From: Patellaria atrata CBS 101060
Taxonomy: Eukaryota
Direction: 5' to 3'
DNA: 64,000 nucleotides
Assembly: GCA_010093705.1 (NCBI GenBank)
Contig: MU006092.1
Location: 626,623 to 690,622, forward strand
Positions 1 through 12,116 of this stretch are shown piece by piece; within the stretch, counting starts at the first letter, position 1, and each line of letters opens with the position of its first letter. A program made the translations under genes and the position numbers. The notes beneath the pieces were generated by a model. The model searched no databases and was not told the DNA's origin. It was given only the letters and a program-made list of their open reading frames with translations.

Positions 1-90
1 AAGGTAGCAGAGGAGACTACCCAGGTTGAGGAGGTGACCAAAGACGGCAAGACGAAGAGGACGAAGAAGTCCAAGAAGGTCGTCGCTTGA
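1..90 (+). CDS. 3' end of an unidentified gene (Lys/Glu-rich C-terminal tail)
   Basis: Frame 1 reads KVAEETTQVEEVTKDGKTKRTKKSKKVVA-TGA(88-90), followed by 3'UTR-like sequence; truncated by the window edge. Confidence 0.6.
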   Translation, partial: KVAEETTQVEEVTKDGKTKRTKKSKKVVA

Positions 91-602
91 AGAATGTCTC
101 CAAACTGTTCTCATGCCACTGCTATGACTGATGTCTTCACGGGATTGTTGATGCATTAGCGTCCAGCGGTCATATTAGCTTCGACTTGGGGAGCTGTTGC
201 AGCCTTTCTAGGAAAATGTAATGTATGATGAGATTCCCCAGCGAATTTTCCGAGATACCCCCTACATTCGGGTTTATTTCAGCAGCGTGAAGTAGTTAGT
301 TGCGAAGGTATCTCCCTCTTTGGGGAACCCGTACTGCATATAATGAAATGAATCAAGAACAAATTCTCCTGCAAAACATAGTGACACTATCATAATTCTC
401 CCTTGTCATAATTGCCTAAGCGTGTTGTGGTTAAAACCATCCTCATTTTGATTATCCTACTTCTGTATTCAAGTACGGTATCCTCCCCATAATTTTCTAC
501 TTTGGACACTCCGATTCCCTAGTTACATCTACTCCGAGCCCTCTCAACTCCTCTCTCATGCCCCAAACGCCACACCTATGCAATAAGGGTCCATCCAAAC
601 AT

Positions 603-1532
603 CTATCTCACGATGAGGGCCGCACTTGGCACCATACCAGCCTCTTTCAGCGTCATACCAAAGTCAGTAGAATCGAAGACCTTCTTCGGAAAGTTCTGCG
701 TGAAACTCTGCACCTCGAGTCCCGACTCGCTATTCAGAGCGTGGGCAACCTCGAAAAGAGTCGTCTCAACAGGGAAGTTCTTCATGACCGTCCCACTCGG
801 AGTCTGCAGTCTAAGTCTCGTCTCGGTATACGCGGAAGCGGGTTTCGATGTCGTGGGCCCGTGAGACGTGGGACCGGTAACTTCAGGCTGCGGCGGAGGA
901 GCGATCCCAGCCCGCGCAGCTTTCTCAGCGTCTGCCTTACGCTTCCGCTCCATCTTATCGGCTTCGATCTTCTCGAGGGCACGTTTACGGGCGTCGGCTT
1001 CGGCCTTCTTCTCCATCTTTGCTTTTTGCGCGTCTTTCAGTTGCTCCCTCTTGCGTAGATCCTCCTTGATGTCCGCCGACTCCTTTGTCGCCTTCCGTCT
1101 GATTTCCTCGTTTTTCTTCTTGTCCAGCTTGTCCTGTTCGCTACCCTCGGCCCGCTTTGCCGCCAGACGTGCCCGTAGCTCTTCCAGCTTGGCCTTCTTC
1201 TCCTCCTCGGTAAGTGGTGCGATTATCTCCGTGCTCTGCGAGAACTCATCGTGGCCGGACTTGGTGGCGTGGAACTGGGCCTCGCTCGCGTTGCGGAACT
1301 TCTTGCCGCACACGTCACACTGGAGACTGTTTGCTTGGGCGTCGGGATCGACTTCGGGGATGTTGGAGGTTGAGGACTCGGCGGCTTGCTCTTCTTGCAG
1401 CTCTTCAAGGGACTTCTCTTGGTTCTTGTCCAGCCAGTCGATGGCGGAGGTGAGGTTGCCCGAGGCTTTGAGCGCCATTTGCGCCCGCTTCTCTTCGAAG
1501 CCCATGTCGAGGAGATTTTGGAGGTCGGTCAT
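603..1532 (-). CDS. UBA - C2H2 zinc finger - coiled coil - UBX domain protein (UBXN1/SAKS1-like Cdc48 adaptor)
   Basis: Intronless ORF. N-terminal UBA (LLDMGFEEKRAQMAL...AIDWL), CDVCGKKF...HATKSGH finger, charged coil, C-terminal UBX (RLRLQTPSG...NFPKKVF...LKEAGMVPSAALIV). Start at ATG 1532, or 1550. Confidence 0.9.
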   Translation of the reverse strand: MTDLQNLLDMGFEEKRAQMALKASGNLTSAIDWLDKNQEKSLEELQEEQAAESSTSNIPEVDPDAQANSLQCDVCGKKFRNASEAQFHATKSGHDEFSQSTEIIAPLTEEEKKAKLEELRARLAAKRAEGSEQDKLDKKKNEEIRRKATKESADIKEDLRKREQLKDAQKAKMEKKAEADARKRALEKIEADKMERKRKADAEKAARAGIAPPPQPEVTGPTSHGPTTSKPASAYTETRLRLQTPSGTVMKNFPVETTLFEVAHALNSESGLEVQSFTQNFPKKVFDSTDFGMTLKEAGMVPSAALIVR

Positions 1533-2166
1533 TTTTGGCGACCTTTGCATTTGTGTGAGGCTAGTACCTGTAGATCTGATGGATCGGAGGAAGTCAGTAT
1601 GTTGTGGTGGGGAAAATGTTCGAGGTAGACCTTATATTGGGAGAAATCGTTGTGGAAATTTGGAGAATTTTGTTAAAGATTTACGTAGAGTTAGAAAGCT
1701 TACACTTACAGGGTTGTCAAGAGTTCCGTTCTATTCCCGAACGATGGTTGAATAAGTTGTGTTGTTGGTAGACATTTTCGATAAAGCTGTCGACAGCAGG
1801 CAACGAGGGGGAAACGGGGGGAAGATGCAAAACGTCAGAGGGAGCTGACTTGACGGACGGAGCGAGTGCAACTAATCCAAACCAAACCAGCCTCCTCCTA
1901 GATACCTCCGCCCTCACACACGAAGCCTGCTTTGGGATTATACTGCCTTGATACTGGAATAGCTCGGTGTAACGTACACCATTTCTAAGTTTCACCTCGA
2001 TACTTCAAGGCTTCCAAACTCAAACTCCCTTCCAGTTCCTCCTTACAACCTGACATAAAAGCGCGCACGCTACCTTCCGTCAAAACAACATCTCCATTTC
2101 TAAAGCAACACTTCTACCTTGTCATCCTGTTCCGTAACAATAGCGTACCATAACTTGTTTATCATC

Positions 2167-3350
2167 ATGTCTGTCGAGTTGGACCCCGTGGAGTTAGGCT
2201 TTCGACGTACGCTCATATCATACTCCTCGCCATCGTCATGATTCAATGCGCTAACCTCCGGCTCAGGACCGCTCACTCACGAGGTATCCCAGGTTCTTCG
2301 TCTCCGAAATCCACACAATGATCCTGTTGCTTTCAAGGTTAGTACCCGAGTCTTTTTGCTGATGCAGGTGATCCCATAACTTACACTTCAAAATCAACAG
2401 GTCAAGACTACGGCGCCAAAACAGTATGTCCACAGCCTTCCCGACGCGACACCATATATATAACTCACACGCTTGATTAGATACTGTGTACGACCCAACT
2501 CTGGACGCATTGAACCCGGTAGAGATGTTGAAGTACAAGGTGAATTGTGATCATCGAGTGGGATACTTGCAGGAGCTGACAACATGATTACAGTTCTGCT
2601 CCAGGCCATGAGGGAAGACCCACCCCCAGATGCAAAATGCAGAGATAAGTTTCTCGTTCAATCAGTTGCAGTGACTGCAGATAAGGAGTTCAACAACATT
2701 GGATCAATCGTATGACACACCAAAGTCTACATGTAAAATCATAAGGAATTCTAACTTTCATCGTGCAGTGGTCCCACATCGAACAGACGAACAAATCGGC
2801 CATCCAAGAGAGGAAAATCCGTGTAGTTTTCCTACCTGCTGATGGCACTTATGCGTCACCCCATGATCTGACTACCAATGGATATGATGCCAGTTCAGCT
2901 CGATCACCAACCCCGGATGCGGTAACCCCACAGCGTGGGCAGACGGCATCATTTGTGAGCTCGATTCCCAGATCGGAATCCCGACCGTCCGAAAGCCAGA
3001 ACGTGGTGAATGCGGCTGCCTCAACCGGGGCGCCAGTCTCGGAAGGCCAGGCCAGCTCGACGATCGGCGCGATGACTGCCAGCATCACCAGCGCCATACC
3101 CACGTCAACTGAAGAATTCAAGCAACAATTGGCCGATGCGAACGCCACCATCATGCAGTTGAAGCAGCAGGTGACGGATCAAGGTCTGAGACAACGGAAG
3201 GGTGACGCAATTGTTAAAGGTGCAAAAGATGGCATTGCTTCGGGGGTGACGGCGCTGGGAGTGCAAAATCCGCCGGCCAACGGTGTACCGGTGCAGATTG
3301 TAGCAGGCTTGTGCTTGCTCAGCTTTCTGCTTGCTTACTTTTTTTTCTAA
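2167..3350 (+). CDS. SCS2: VAP/Scs2 ER membrane protein (MSP domain plus C-terminal TM), multi-exon
   Basis: Spliced reading MSVELDPVELGFRRPLTHEVSQVLRLRNPHNDPVAFK/VKTTAPKQ/YCVRPNSGRIEPG...DKFLVQS is the MSP signature; tail anchor VPVQIVAGLCLLSFLLAYFFF; several GT-AG introns between 2207 and 2768. Confidence 0.93.
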
Positions 3351-3788
3351 ACTTTCCCCCGCAAAAACTCAAAGGGAAGGTCGTTTCGGGAAACTGGTCC
3401 CACGCAGGACTTGCTAGGATCCGAGTGCGCCAACGGCGGCCCCGGATTTTTCTAATTCTGGCAATGTGTGCGTGGGGTGTCTGATCGATCTGTTCCGGTG
3501 AACTGCATGGTTGTTGTATGGGGAAGTGGGGTTTTCGATAATGGTGTGCGGTGAGACTTTACGCTGTGATGGAGAGATGGGTGGATTAGGTTAGGATATT
3601 CCTTTTGCGGCTGACGTAGACATGTACCCTCTCTTTGGCTACTAGCGTCTGTATAGGAGTTCACTTCCCGTCTGTTGTCTATGGTCTATGGGGTTGGATG
3701 GATATGGGTATCAACGTCTTGCGAAGCATCATGAGTTAAGTAAATCAAAGAAGCATGTATTACCATAACCACACAAACACACAAACAC

Positions 3789-3906
3789 ACAGACGGACAG
3801 ACAGCCAGCCAGCCAGCCAGCCAGCCAGACAGACAGCCAGACAGACAGACAGACAGACAGACAGACAGCCAGACAGACAGACAGACAGCCAGACAGACAG
3901 ACAGCC

Positions 3907-3939
<33 letters not shown>

Positions 3940-3980
3940 GCCAGACAGACAGACAGACAGCCAGCCAGGCAGACAGACAG
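3789..3980. repeat. Compound tetranucleotide microsatellite (ACAG/CCAG)n, about 190 bp
   Basis: Directly visible runs of agac/agcc between the VAP and ASN genes. Confidence 0.95.
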
Positions 3981-4640
3981 GAATGTTATATAGTATCACC
4001 AAATGCTTCGTTCATACTTTATATACAACAGGATATTGATCTCGTTTTCTTCAATTCAGCGAAACAATGAAAGATGGGACTGGATTTTGAGGGGAAAAAA
4101 GGCCGCGGAGGATTTCTACATGTTCCTTACCCTGTTCCAGTTCGTCAGTCAAGTGTCACGAGTGGTGTCGAAAACTGTATTCAAGCCACAGTGTGGGGGA
4201 ATCGGGTAGGAATCAAAGTAGGAATCGATAGGGCAGACCTGAGGTCACTACTGCAGACGCCTCCAGTAGAAACTACATCCCACTTTCTATATACGTCTGT
4301 ATGAGGCAAATGTAAAATGTGTGTCTGAATATCCCCCCTCCCCCTCCCCCACACATCAAAAGTGTATATCACCGTATATCTGGGTTGAAGTTGTAAAAAG
4401 AGGGATATGACTGGCTCGCATTGTCGTCCAGGTTATGTACGGACAATGCCCTCCCCCTATCTGGTTCTAGTGCGGGTCAAGTTTGCATGTGGACACTTCT
4501 GAGCCGATCTCGCGCTGCATATGTGACTCTATCGTGAAATAAATATTTAGAGAGACATAAAGTACTTCTCAACCTCCAATTCTTAACCTCCAATTCTTCC
4601 CCTCCCGCTCTCAAACCCTTCTTTTCTTATAATCTCCAAT

Positions 4641-6953
4641 ATGTGTGGTATTTTCGCGTGCCATCGGTACGCTATTCCTCTTTCCCAAGTCCTTGCAAAA
4701 TTATATTTCTCATCCATTTGCCCCTCGTGTGACTCCTAGATAGGAAATATGTGGTGCTGATTTTGACAATAGACACCCCGATGTGCAGAAGTTTAAGCCC
4801 ACCGCGCTGCAGATGGGCAAGGCGTATGTAAAGATCTCAATTTATACATCTGAACTGGAATTGACCAGTTTTGCGTAGGGTACGGCATCGTGGACCTGAC
4901 TGGAGTGAGCGCAAACCGTTTTGACTCACCCGTTGTGACAGATGCTAAAGAGGTACAGGCGGAAATGTGATCGCAAACAACACAAGTAAGCGGCTGTATA
5001 CTTTCAGATTGATCTGACACAGAAGTACTAACATGCGCCGCAGTCCTAGTCCACGAGCGTCTCTCCATCGTCGGCATCGGTATGCACATTCGCAATACTC
5101 AGTATGACTCCCAACTGACCCCTGAGCAGACAGCGGCGCTCAACCCTTAGTCAATGAGGAGGGCACAATATCCCTAGCCGTCAATGGCGAGATCTACAAC
5201 CACAGAGTGATAAGGAAGCAATTGAAGAACAAATATAACTTCAAAACTAACTCTGACTGCGAAGTCATAATACCACTAGTACATCCACTTCAAGTCTTCT
5301 CAGCAAAGCGCAGTTGTTGACCGCACTTGTAGTATATCGAGCACGATATCGATGCGCCGAAACACCTCGATGGTATGTTCTCCTGGGTTCTGCACGACAA
5401 GACGCAGGACAGAGTACTCGCGGCGAGAGATCCGATAGGGATCACAACCTTCTACATGGGCCGCTCATCTTCTACTCCCGGTGCCGTCTACTTCGCCTCG
5501 GAATTGAAGTGTCTTCACCCGGTCTGCGACGACATCATATCCTTCCCCCCCGGTCACATCTACGACTCCAAAACCGACAGTCTCACACAATACTACACGC
5601 CTAACTGGCTGATGCATCCCGAGGACGTCCCAACCACACCCATAGACTATAAGCTGCTCCGTGAATCTCTAGAGAGATCGGTCCGTAAGCGGTTGATGGC
5701 GGAAGTCCCATACGGTGTCTTGCTCTCCGGCGGTTTAGACTCCTCCCTCGTCGCCTCAATCGCGCAACGTGAAACCATTCGGCTCAACGAGCTCGCGAAA
5801 CAGCAAGCCTCTGCCGTCAACGGAGCCAATGGCGTGCAGGGCGATAAACTCGTCGGCATCGACATCGACGACAAATTGGCAACCGTTCAAGTCCTCCCCG
5901 AACTCAACAGTTTCTCCATCGGACTCCCCGATGCCCCAGACTCGAAAGCGGCGCAGGAGGTCGCAGACTTCCTAGGCACAAAGCACCACTCCTTCACCTT
6001 CACCATCGAAGACGGCCTAAACGCGCTGAGCGACGTCGTCTACCACCTGGAGACATACGACGTCACGACCATCCGCGCCTCGACACCCATGTTCCTCCTC
6101 TCGCGCAAGATCAAAGCGCTCGGCGTCAAAATGGTCCTCTCGGGCGAAGGCTCCGACGAGATCTTCGGCGGCTACCTCTACTTCCACGCCGCGCCCAATG
6201 CGAAAGAACTCCACGCCGAGACGGTCCGACGGGTCAAGAACCTGCATCTCGCGGACTGCCTGCGCGCCAACAAGTCCACCGCCGCGTGGGGCGTCGAGGC
6301 CCGCGTCCCCTTCCTCGACAAGCACTTCCTCGACGTCGCCATGAGCATCGACCCGGAGGAGAAAATGCACACGAAAGACCGCATCGAGAAATATATCATC
6401 CGCAAGGCCTTCGACACCGAGGGTGAGCCGGACACAGCGCCGTACCTCCCCGATAAGATCCTCTGGCGCCAGAAGGAACAGTTCTCGGATGGTGTTGGAT
6501 ACGGCTGGATCGACGCGCTCAAGGATAACGCGAAACTGCATGTTTCGGATGACATGTTGGCGAATCCGAAACGGGAGTGGGTCGATCAGGGTGACGTACC
6601 TGACACGAAGGAGGCGTATTGGTATCGGCTCATGTTCGATGAGCACTTCCCCCCGCACGCGGCGAAGACGGTCCAGAGGTGGATCCCGACTTGGGGCGGG
6701 CAGACAGATCCGAGTGGGAGGTTTGTGGTTTCCCCCCCCTCTACCCCCCCCTCCCCCGGGGCTTTTTATTCCTCCCTTTTTTTTTTTTTGGACCTTGGGC
6801 ATTTGTGTGGTTTTCGCGTCGTCGCGCTTGTCTCCATTTTTGTTGTTCCAGGTGGTCTTGCTTATCATCGTCGTGCGTGTGGGTTGCGAGTTGTGCTAAT
6901 TTCTTCATAGGGCCATCGCCGTGCATGCCAATAAGTACTTGACGACTTCTTAG
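4641..6953 (+). CDS. ASN1: Asparagine synthetase (glutamine-hydrolysing), about 7 introns
   Basis: Starts MCGIFACH (Ntn-amidotransferase Cys2). Micro-exons give [23 protein letters not shown] and SDCEVI. Synthetase motifs [17 protein letters not shown] and [12 protein letters not shown]. Last intron 6721-6910, then (R)[16 protein letters not shown]. Confidence 0.96.
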
Positions 6954-7828
6954 AGATAGGGGGTTTATGACGGTTGGATGGGGGGATGGATGGATGGATG
7001 GATGGGCGATTGAACTTGCGCTCGACACGACGTGCTTTCCTCCTTTCCTTTCTTTGCGTTTCCCTCCGCTCGTCTCTACTCTCTAGGGACCGAACTTGAC
7101 AATTCCTTTCCCTTCCATCGTGTTTTGTGCGATTTCCGGGCGGCTTTTTGAGGCTTTTTATGAGTTATGTGCCTATGGGGGGTATGAGATATGAGACAGG
7201 GGGTATCAGATGGGGGAATAAGAAGTGAATGTGAATTGAAATATAAAGTCCAAAGTTGAATTTGAGGAAGTACAGAGCACGAAGGGGCATGCATTTGAAA
7301 ACCGACAGTCCAACCAAAGTCCAACCTAGCCAAACCCCCCCCTTCCCCCCCGGGATAAAAGCCAGGCAGGAGAGACAGGTATCATCTACGCCCGTCCTCT
7401 TCCCCATGAGCGGAGTCGAAAATATCTCGTTGGAGTATATGATCACGCAATTACACGATCACACGACACGTGGATACCTGTGAGAGTCCATGAACGAGAG
7501 GTACAAGCCTCATCATGATTGTCTATACACCACGCCGGGAAGGATCTACTGTGCCATGCCATAACCTCATCTCCTCATCTCCTCGTCTCATCTCAACTCA
7601 ACCCATATGCATCCGCATAGCGTAAATAAAGTAAAGTAGAGTAAAGTAAACCCCATCTGGTCCATCGCCACGCAACCCTCCCAAAAAGCAAACCAAAGGA
7701 AACCCAAAAAAGGAAACGCCAAAACACCACGCTGAACGAGATTCACAGATACACTAGAAAGGGGGAAACCGGGCACCGAGCCAAACACGTCAGCATCGCA
7801 TATCAACTCCTACCAGCTCTCATTCACC

Positions 7829-10800
7829 CTACCTCCCCCTCCCGCCCCCACCGACGCCGATAGGCCCCTGCGCGCTCGCAATCAACCTCTCAGCCCTCTC
7901 GAAGACGTTTCCGGAAAAATAGCCCGTCTGGCTTACGCCTGGGTTTTGGTTTGCTGTTCCCGATGGACCTGGACCTGATGCACTCCCCAACCCACCCCCG
8001 GAGCCAGGAAGCGGAGTATTCGGCACGGTAGCGAGCGCGGCGTTCCCAAGAGCCGCGGAGAGGAGAGGCGTAGGGGGGACTCCGGACGCGATAGCCGTGC
8101 CCGCGGAGCTAGTGGTGGGAAGGGGATAAGCTGAGGGCGTGAGGGACGCCAGTGAAGACGCGATGGCGGTATTGATGGGTTGAGGGATAGGATGGTGATT
8201 CCCCACGCTCGACTGGGTCGGAAAGCTCGTCATGGTCGACGAGGCAGAGGGGAGGGCAGAAGACATAGCGGGAGCGGTGGAGTAGTAGCTCGATATCGGG
8301 GTCGAGGTTGTGGAGTGGGCGTACTGGCTCCCGTTTGGATGCGGGTGGAGGTTGTGCGTGTTGAGGTGTAGGGATGAGTTGTTTGCGTTTGCGATGGCGG
8401 AGAGGTTGCTTTCGACTGTTGCAGCGGGGTCGGCGGAGCGGGTGGCGAGGTGAGACCAGGGGGAGGAGTTGATGGCGAGAGAGACGTCTTTGACTGAGGG
8501 TTGAATTGGCTTCATTGTTAGTCGGACTTGTTCGGTGATGAGACCGTAGGGGTTGAGGGCTTTGACTGAGGTGACGAAATCGGCCCAGGACTATCGTTTA
8601 CCAATCAGTTAAAGTTCGTCAATATACCCCCTTTAAAAGGAGAATAGGAATCTGGAGGGTTGCTCACCTGTACATAAGCCGTACACAGCTGCCAGAAATC
8701 CTGCTGATTCCTCACAAACGGGTCCTTGAGCCTGATGGTCTGCAACCTCATACTAAGCACCCTAGCCGCATTGATAACCTCATCCGCCCTATCGATCACC
8801 CTCGACAAAGTCTGTATGAGAATCGTAGTCGTCGCCCCGCCATCCATATCCCTCTTCGCATTCTCCTTCGTCTTGCTGAAATGCGCTCTACAACTCGGCA
8901 AGACATCCATCATGATACTGCACGCAGTATTGATCTTCTTGTAAATCTGTTCGAAGAGCCTATCATCGTCTATCTCACTTAGGCCTTGCATAGTATTCGA
9001 TCTGGACATGACCGCGGAGCCCGGAAGATTGAAAGATTCCCCAGAACGCGGTGTAGCGGTCCCAACGCTGTTAGTAGTAAGTGTATTGGTGCGACTGCTA
9101 TAATTGCTGCCATGGTTATCCAAACCATGCAAGTGAGCGCCGAACCTGGAAGGGAGATTAGCGTGGATTGGGACGTTGGATCGTGGATGTCTCCGCAATA
9201 CCGCTTGGTTTTGCGGTACGTTGACTGCCTGACTACTGCCTTGGCTTATCTTCGAATTCGTCGAGAACTCAAGTCCCAATTCTGAGCAGGCATTGCGGAT
9301 TTCGATCATGCTACCATGGAGAAGAAAAAGTAGAGATCGGATATGACGTGGATTTCCGCAGTGGACAAGGTCGACAGCATTTGAGCGGACAAAACCACAG
9401 ATGGTTGAAAAATTTCGGACGCATCGTTGACTGCTGACATGTATAGAACCAGATAATTCCACGGCATCAACTTCTTCATCTTCAGACATGAATTCGTAGT
9501 TGTCCAATTGTTGCTTAAGAACATTGACCTGGGAAAATACCATAGTCACCACTGTGGAAATATTTCTATCATCCACACCTCTTAGTGCGGCTCTGAAATT
9601 CGCGATTAGGGTGGTTACAGGTGATTCTAATTGTGCTAAGGCATGGTGAACCCCTTTAGCTGCTTCGACAACGGTGTCTCCGGCGCGAGATTTCCGTTTA
9701 TGCTCTATCAAGTCGGACAGAGGACGGCTAGACGACCCATTCGCAAGGGAGGTTCCGGACATAGCAGAACCGTGACTCCATCCTCGGAAATGGCTGGAAC
9801 GTTTCGTCTGGCTCTCATCAAACGTACTGAGTGCGGTGGTTTTCCGAGTAACCATTCCCATCCGTTTTGAGCGGAGACTAGCGGACATGACACTTTCACT
9901 GTGACTCCGGTTTCGTTCGTTAGTGATAACAAGAGGGGCAAGTCCGGGTCGCTTGACGGTTGTAGTAGCGGTAATCGACTGTTGGGACGGGTTTCTGAAG
10001 TGAGAACGCGCTGGTACTGGAGGCGCTTGATTGGGGGATTCAGATTTATTAATCTCGAAAGCTTCGATTCCACTTAAACTTGGCTTGACCGGAAATCTTC
10101 CACTGATGATTCGTTTCGGTGGTGGTCTTGGGGTTTCCACATTGCTCTCACTAAATCTTGTAAGTTTCTATGACATTTTCTGACGTGCGATATACGGTGG
10201 CGGGCCTTGCCATACCTTGATTCACCCTCCGACTCAATCTTAAGCTTCTCCCGAGTCGACTGCTGCTTGAGAAATTTCTTCACCTGTATCGCTATTAAGG
10301 TATCTCTCTCATTGTCATTAGAGGGCGATGGTGTATCCTTCTTGTGTCTCCAGACCTCCGGCGGGGGAAATGTTATAACGTTCCCGTCCAACTTCAACAC
10401 CTGCAGACTATTGATGTCACCAAGCGACAAAGGAAGTCGCTCAATCTTATTCTTCTGGATAGCCAACACCTTCAGTGACGTAAGACTTGAAATCTCCTCA
10501 GGTAATATTTTCAACTTATTCTTACTTATATCCAAGATCTCGAGAGATGTGAGCGCGAGAATCTCCTTGGGGAACTCCCTGAAAAAGTTGTATCGAACGT
10601 TAAGGTAACGTAGTCGCGTGCACTCGCCGATTTTAAGGGGAAAGCTCGTGATAGAATTATGGGACAATGCGAGCCTACATCCAATTAGCACTGCAGGAGT
10701 CTTTGCCCAAATCTAAGATTACCCACCTTTCAATCTCATCCTTTATGATGTCTATGACCTCGTCCGGCAATTTCTTGATATACCTATGGCCCAAATCTAT

Positions 10801-10956
10801 CGTGATGCCCGGCTGTTGCAAGTCCTTTGTGCTGGAATCGGTATCCGCGCCTGATCGTCGGGTTTCCTCTCTCGCGGCCTCAATAGCTTCTTTGGCGAGA
10901 GCGATCAGATCGTCGTCCGTAACGGGCTTGTTGGCGACAAGTTCATCGTAGCTCAT
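7829..10956 (-). CDS. SOG2: RAM-network leucine-rich-repeat protein Sog2
   Basis: N-terminal LRRs (LALSHNSITSFP...LDISKNKLKILP...LKLDGN) and C-terminal SOG2-type helical region (PRHIRSLLFLLHGSMIEIRNA; QDFWQLCTAYVQ/SW). Introns at 10676-10726, 10151-10215 and about 8591-8667. Confidence 0.85.
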
Positions 10957-11086
10957 TGTGTTGGTGGCGGCGGAAAGCGTATTGCTTCATGTGGTGGGAT
11001 GGTAGGGGAATACGTTTAATTTCGTATATTTATCGATAGGGAGAAAGAAGCAAAGCGGGAGGTAAAAACGGTCTTTCAACGGTTGC

Positions 11087-11113
11087 GGTGGTGGTGGTGG
11101 TGGTGGTGGTGGT
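11087..11113. repeat. (GGT)9 trinucleotide microsatellite upstream of SOG2
   Basis: Directly visible. Confidence 0.9.
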
Positions 11114-12116
11114 TAGCAGATTGGCATGGCGGCTCACGACTTCTGTGTTTGGTGCGTAAGGTCAAATAGGGCAAATGGGGAAAATAGGGTGGTTCGGGTA
11201 CCTTAAAGGTCATGGAGGTACTGTAAAAGTTGGCTTATGCAGGAACACGCCTGTGACTGGGCATCTAGGCCCGTAAAGGGGGGCATACTACGGGGCTCTC
11301 GTGGCTCTTAACGGGGGAGATCACTTGGGCATTCACAGGTACTTTAGCCCCCTCTCCCTTCAGCCCTCTCATACGCCCAGAAACAGGAGTAAAAAATCGC
11401 ACAACTCGGTACCCGGTACCTAACCCTTCAGTACCTATTCCAGATTTTCTTTGTCTCCTAAATCCCCTTGTCCCGCCCAGGCAATAATTCCCCTTACCCA
11501 GCCAACCAGATTCACATCTACATAAACTACAGGAAATACAGAATACAGCAAGACGGCTTCAGGTAAACATCGTCCAGTTTCGTGAATAGAGGCACCTGCA
11601 TATATAGATTATTCAACATCAAACAATCTCTGCGGGGTCAACGAGCAAAAAAGCCATCCACCCAATGTCATCACCTCATGCAATAGAGTCTGGCTATTAA
11701 GAAACCGGTAAAAGGAAGTCACGGTCAAAGAACAACCTGAAACCGCTACTGAGCCCAAAGACACGGACAACCGGGACTCAAGCATCTACTCGCAACCCAA
11801 AACAGCTCAAGGCAGGGAAGACGTTTCGCCGTTCTGAATTAATTCCATCCTCCATAGTCCATACTTTTGAACGTTTCCCCATCCCCTCCAAAACTACACC
11901 CAAGTTTAGAAGAGGAACTAAGCTGTACATCAAACGACATTCTGAATCCGGCAAGTCGCAGGGACAAAAGCTTATTGTCCCGCACTCGCTGAAGATGCTG
12001 ACCTTTCCCTGCAAAAAGGCTATAATGGTCTGAATTAAGTGAGACGGATCAGAAAGATTGAAGGAAATCCTACTACCATGAAGCTTGAATTCACCTACCA
12101 TCACTCCTCCACATCT

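Noticed and set aside
868..1755. 295-aa plus-strand ORF
   Set aside because: Antisense shadow of the UBX gene; low-complexity Ser/Phe/Arg translation.
3755..4039. ORFs with TDRQ / SVCL repeats
   Set aside because: Translations of the (ACAG)n microsatellite.
6017..6868. 283-aa minus-strand ORF
   Set aside because: Antisense to GC3-rich asparagine synthetase coding sequence.
11419..11427. CCTAACCCT, 1.5 telomeric repeats, as a possible telomerase RNA template
   Set aside because: Lies in an interval of about 1.1 kb between SOG2 and the KH gene, short for a filamentous-fungal TER, with no pseudoknot or CR4/5 recognised; more likely chance or a Tbf1-type site.
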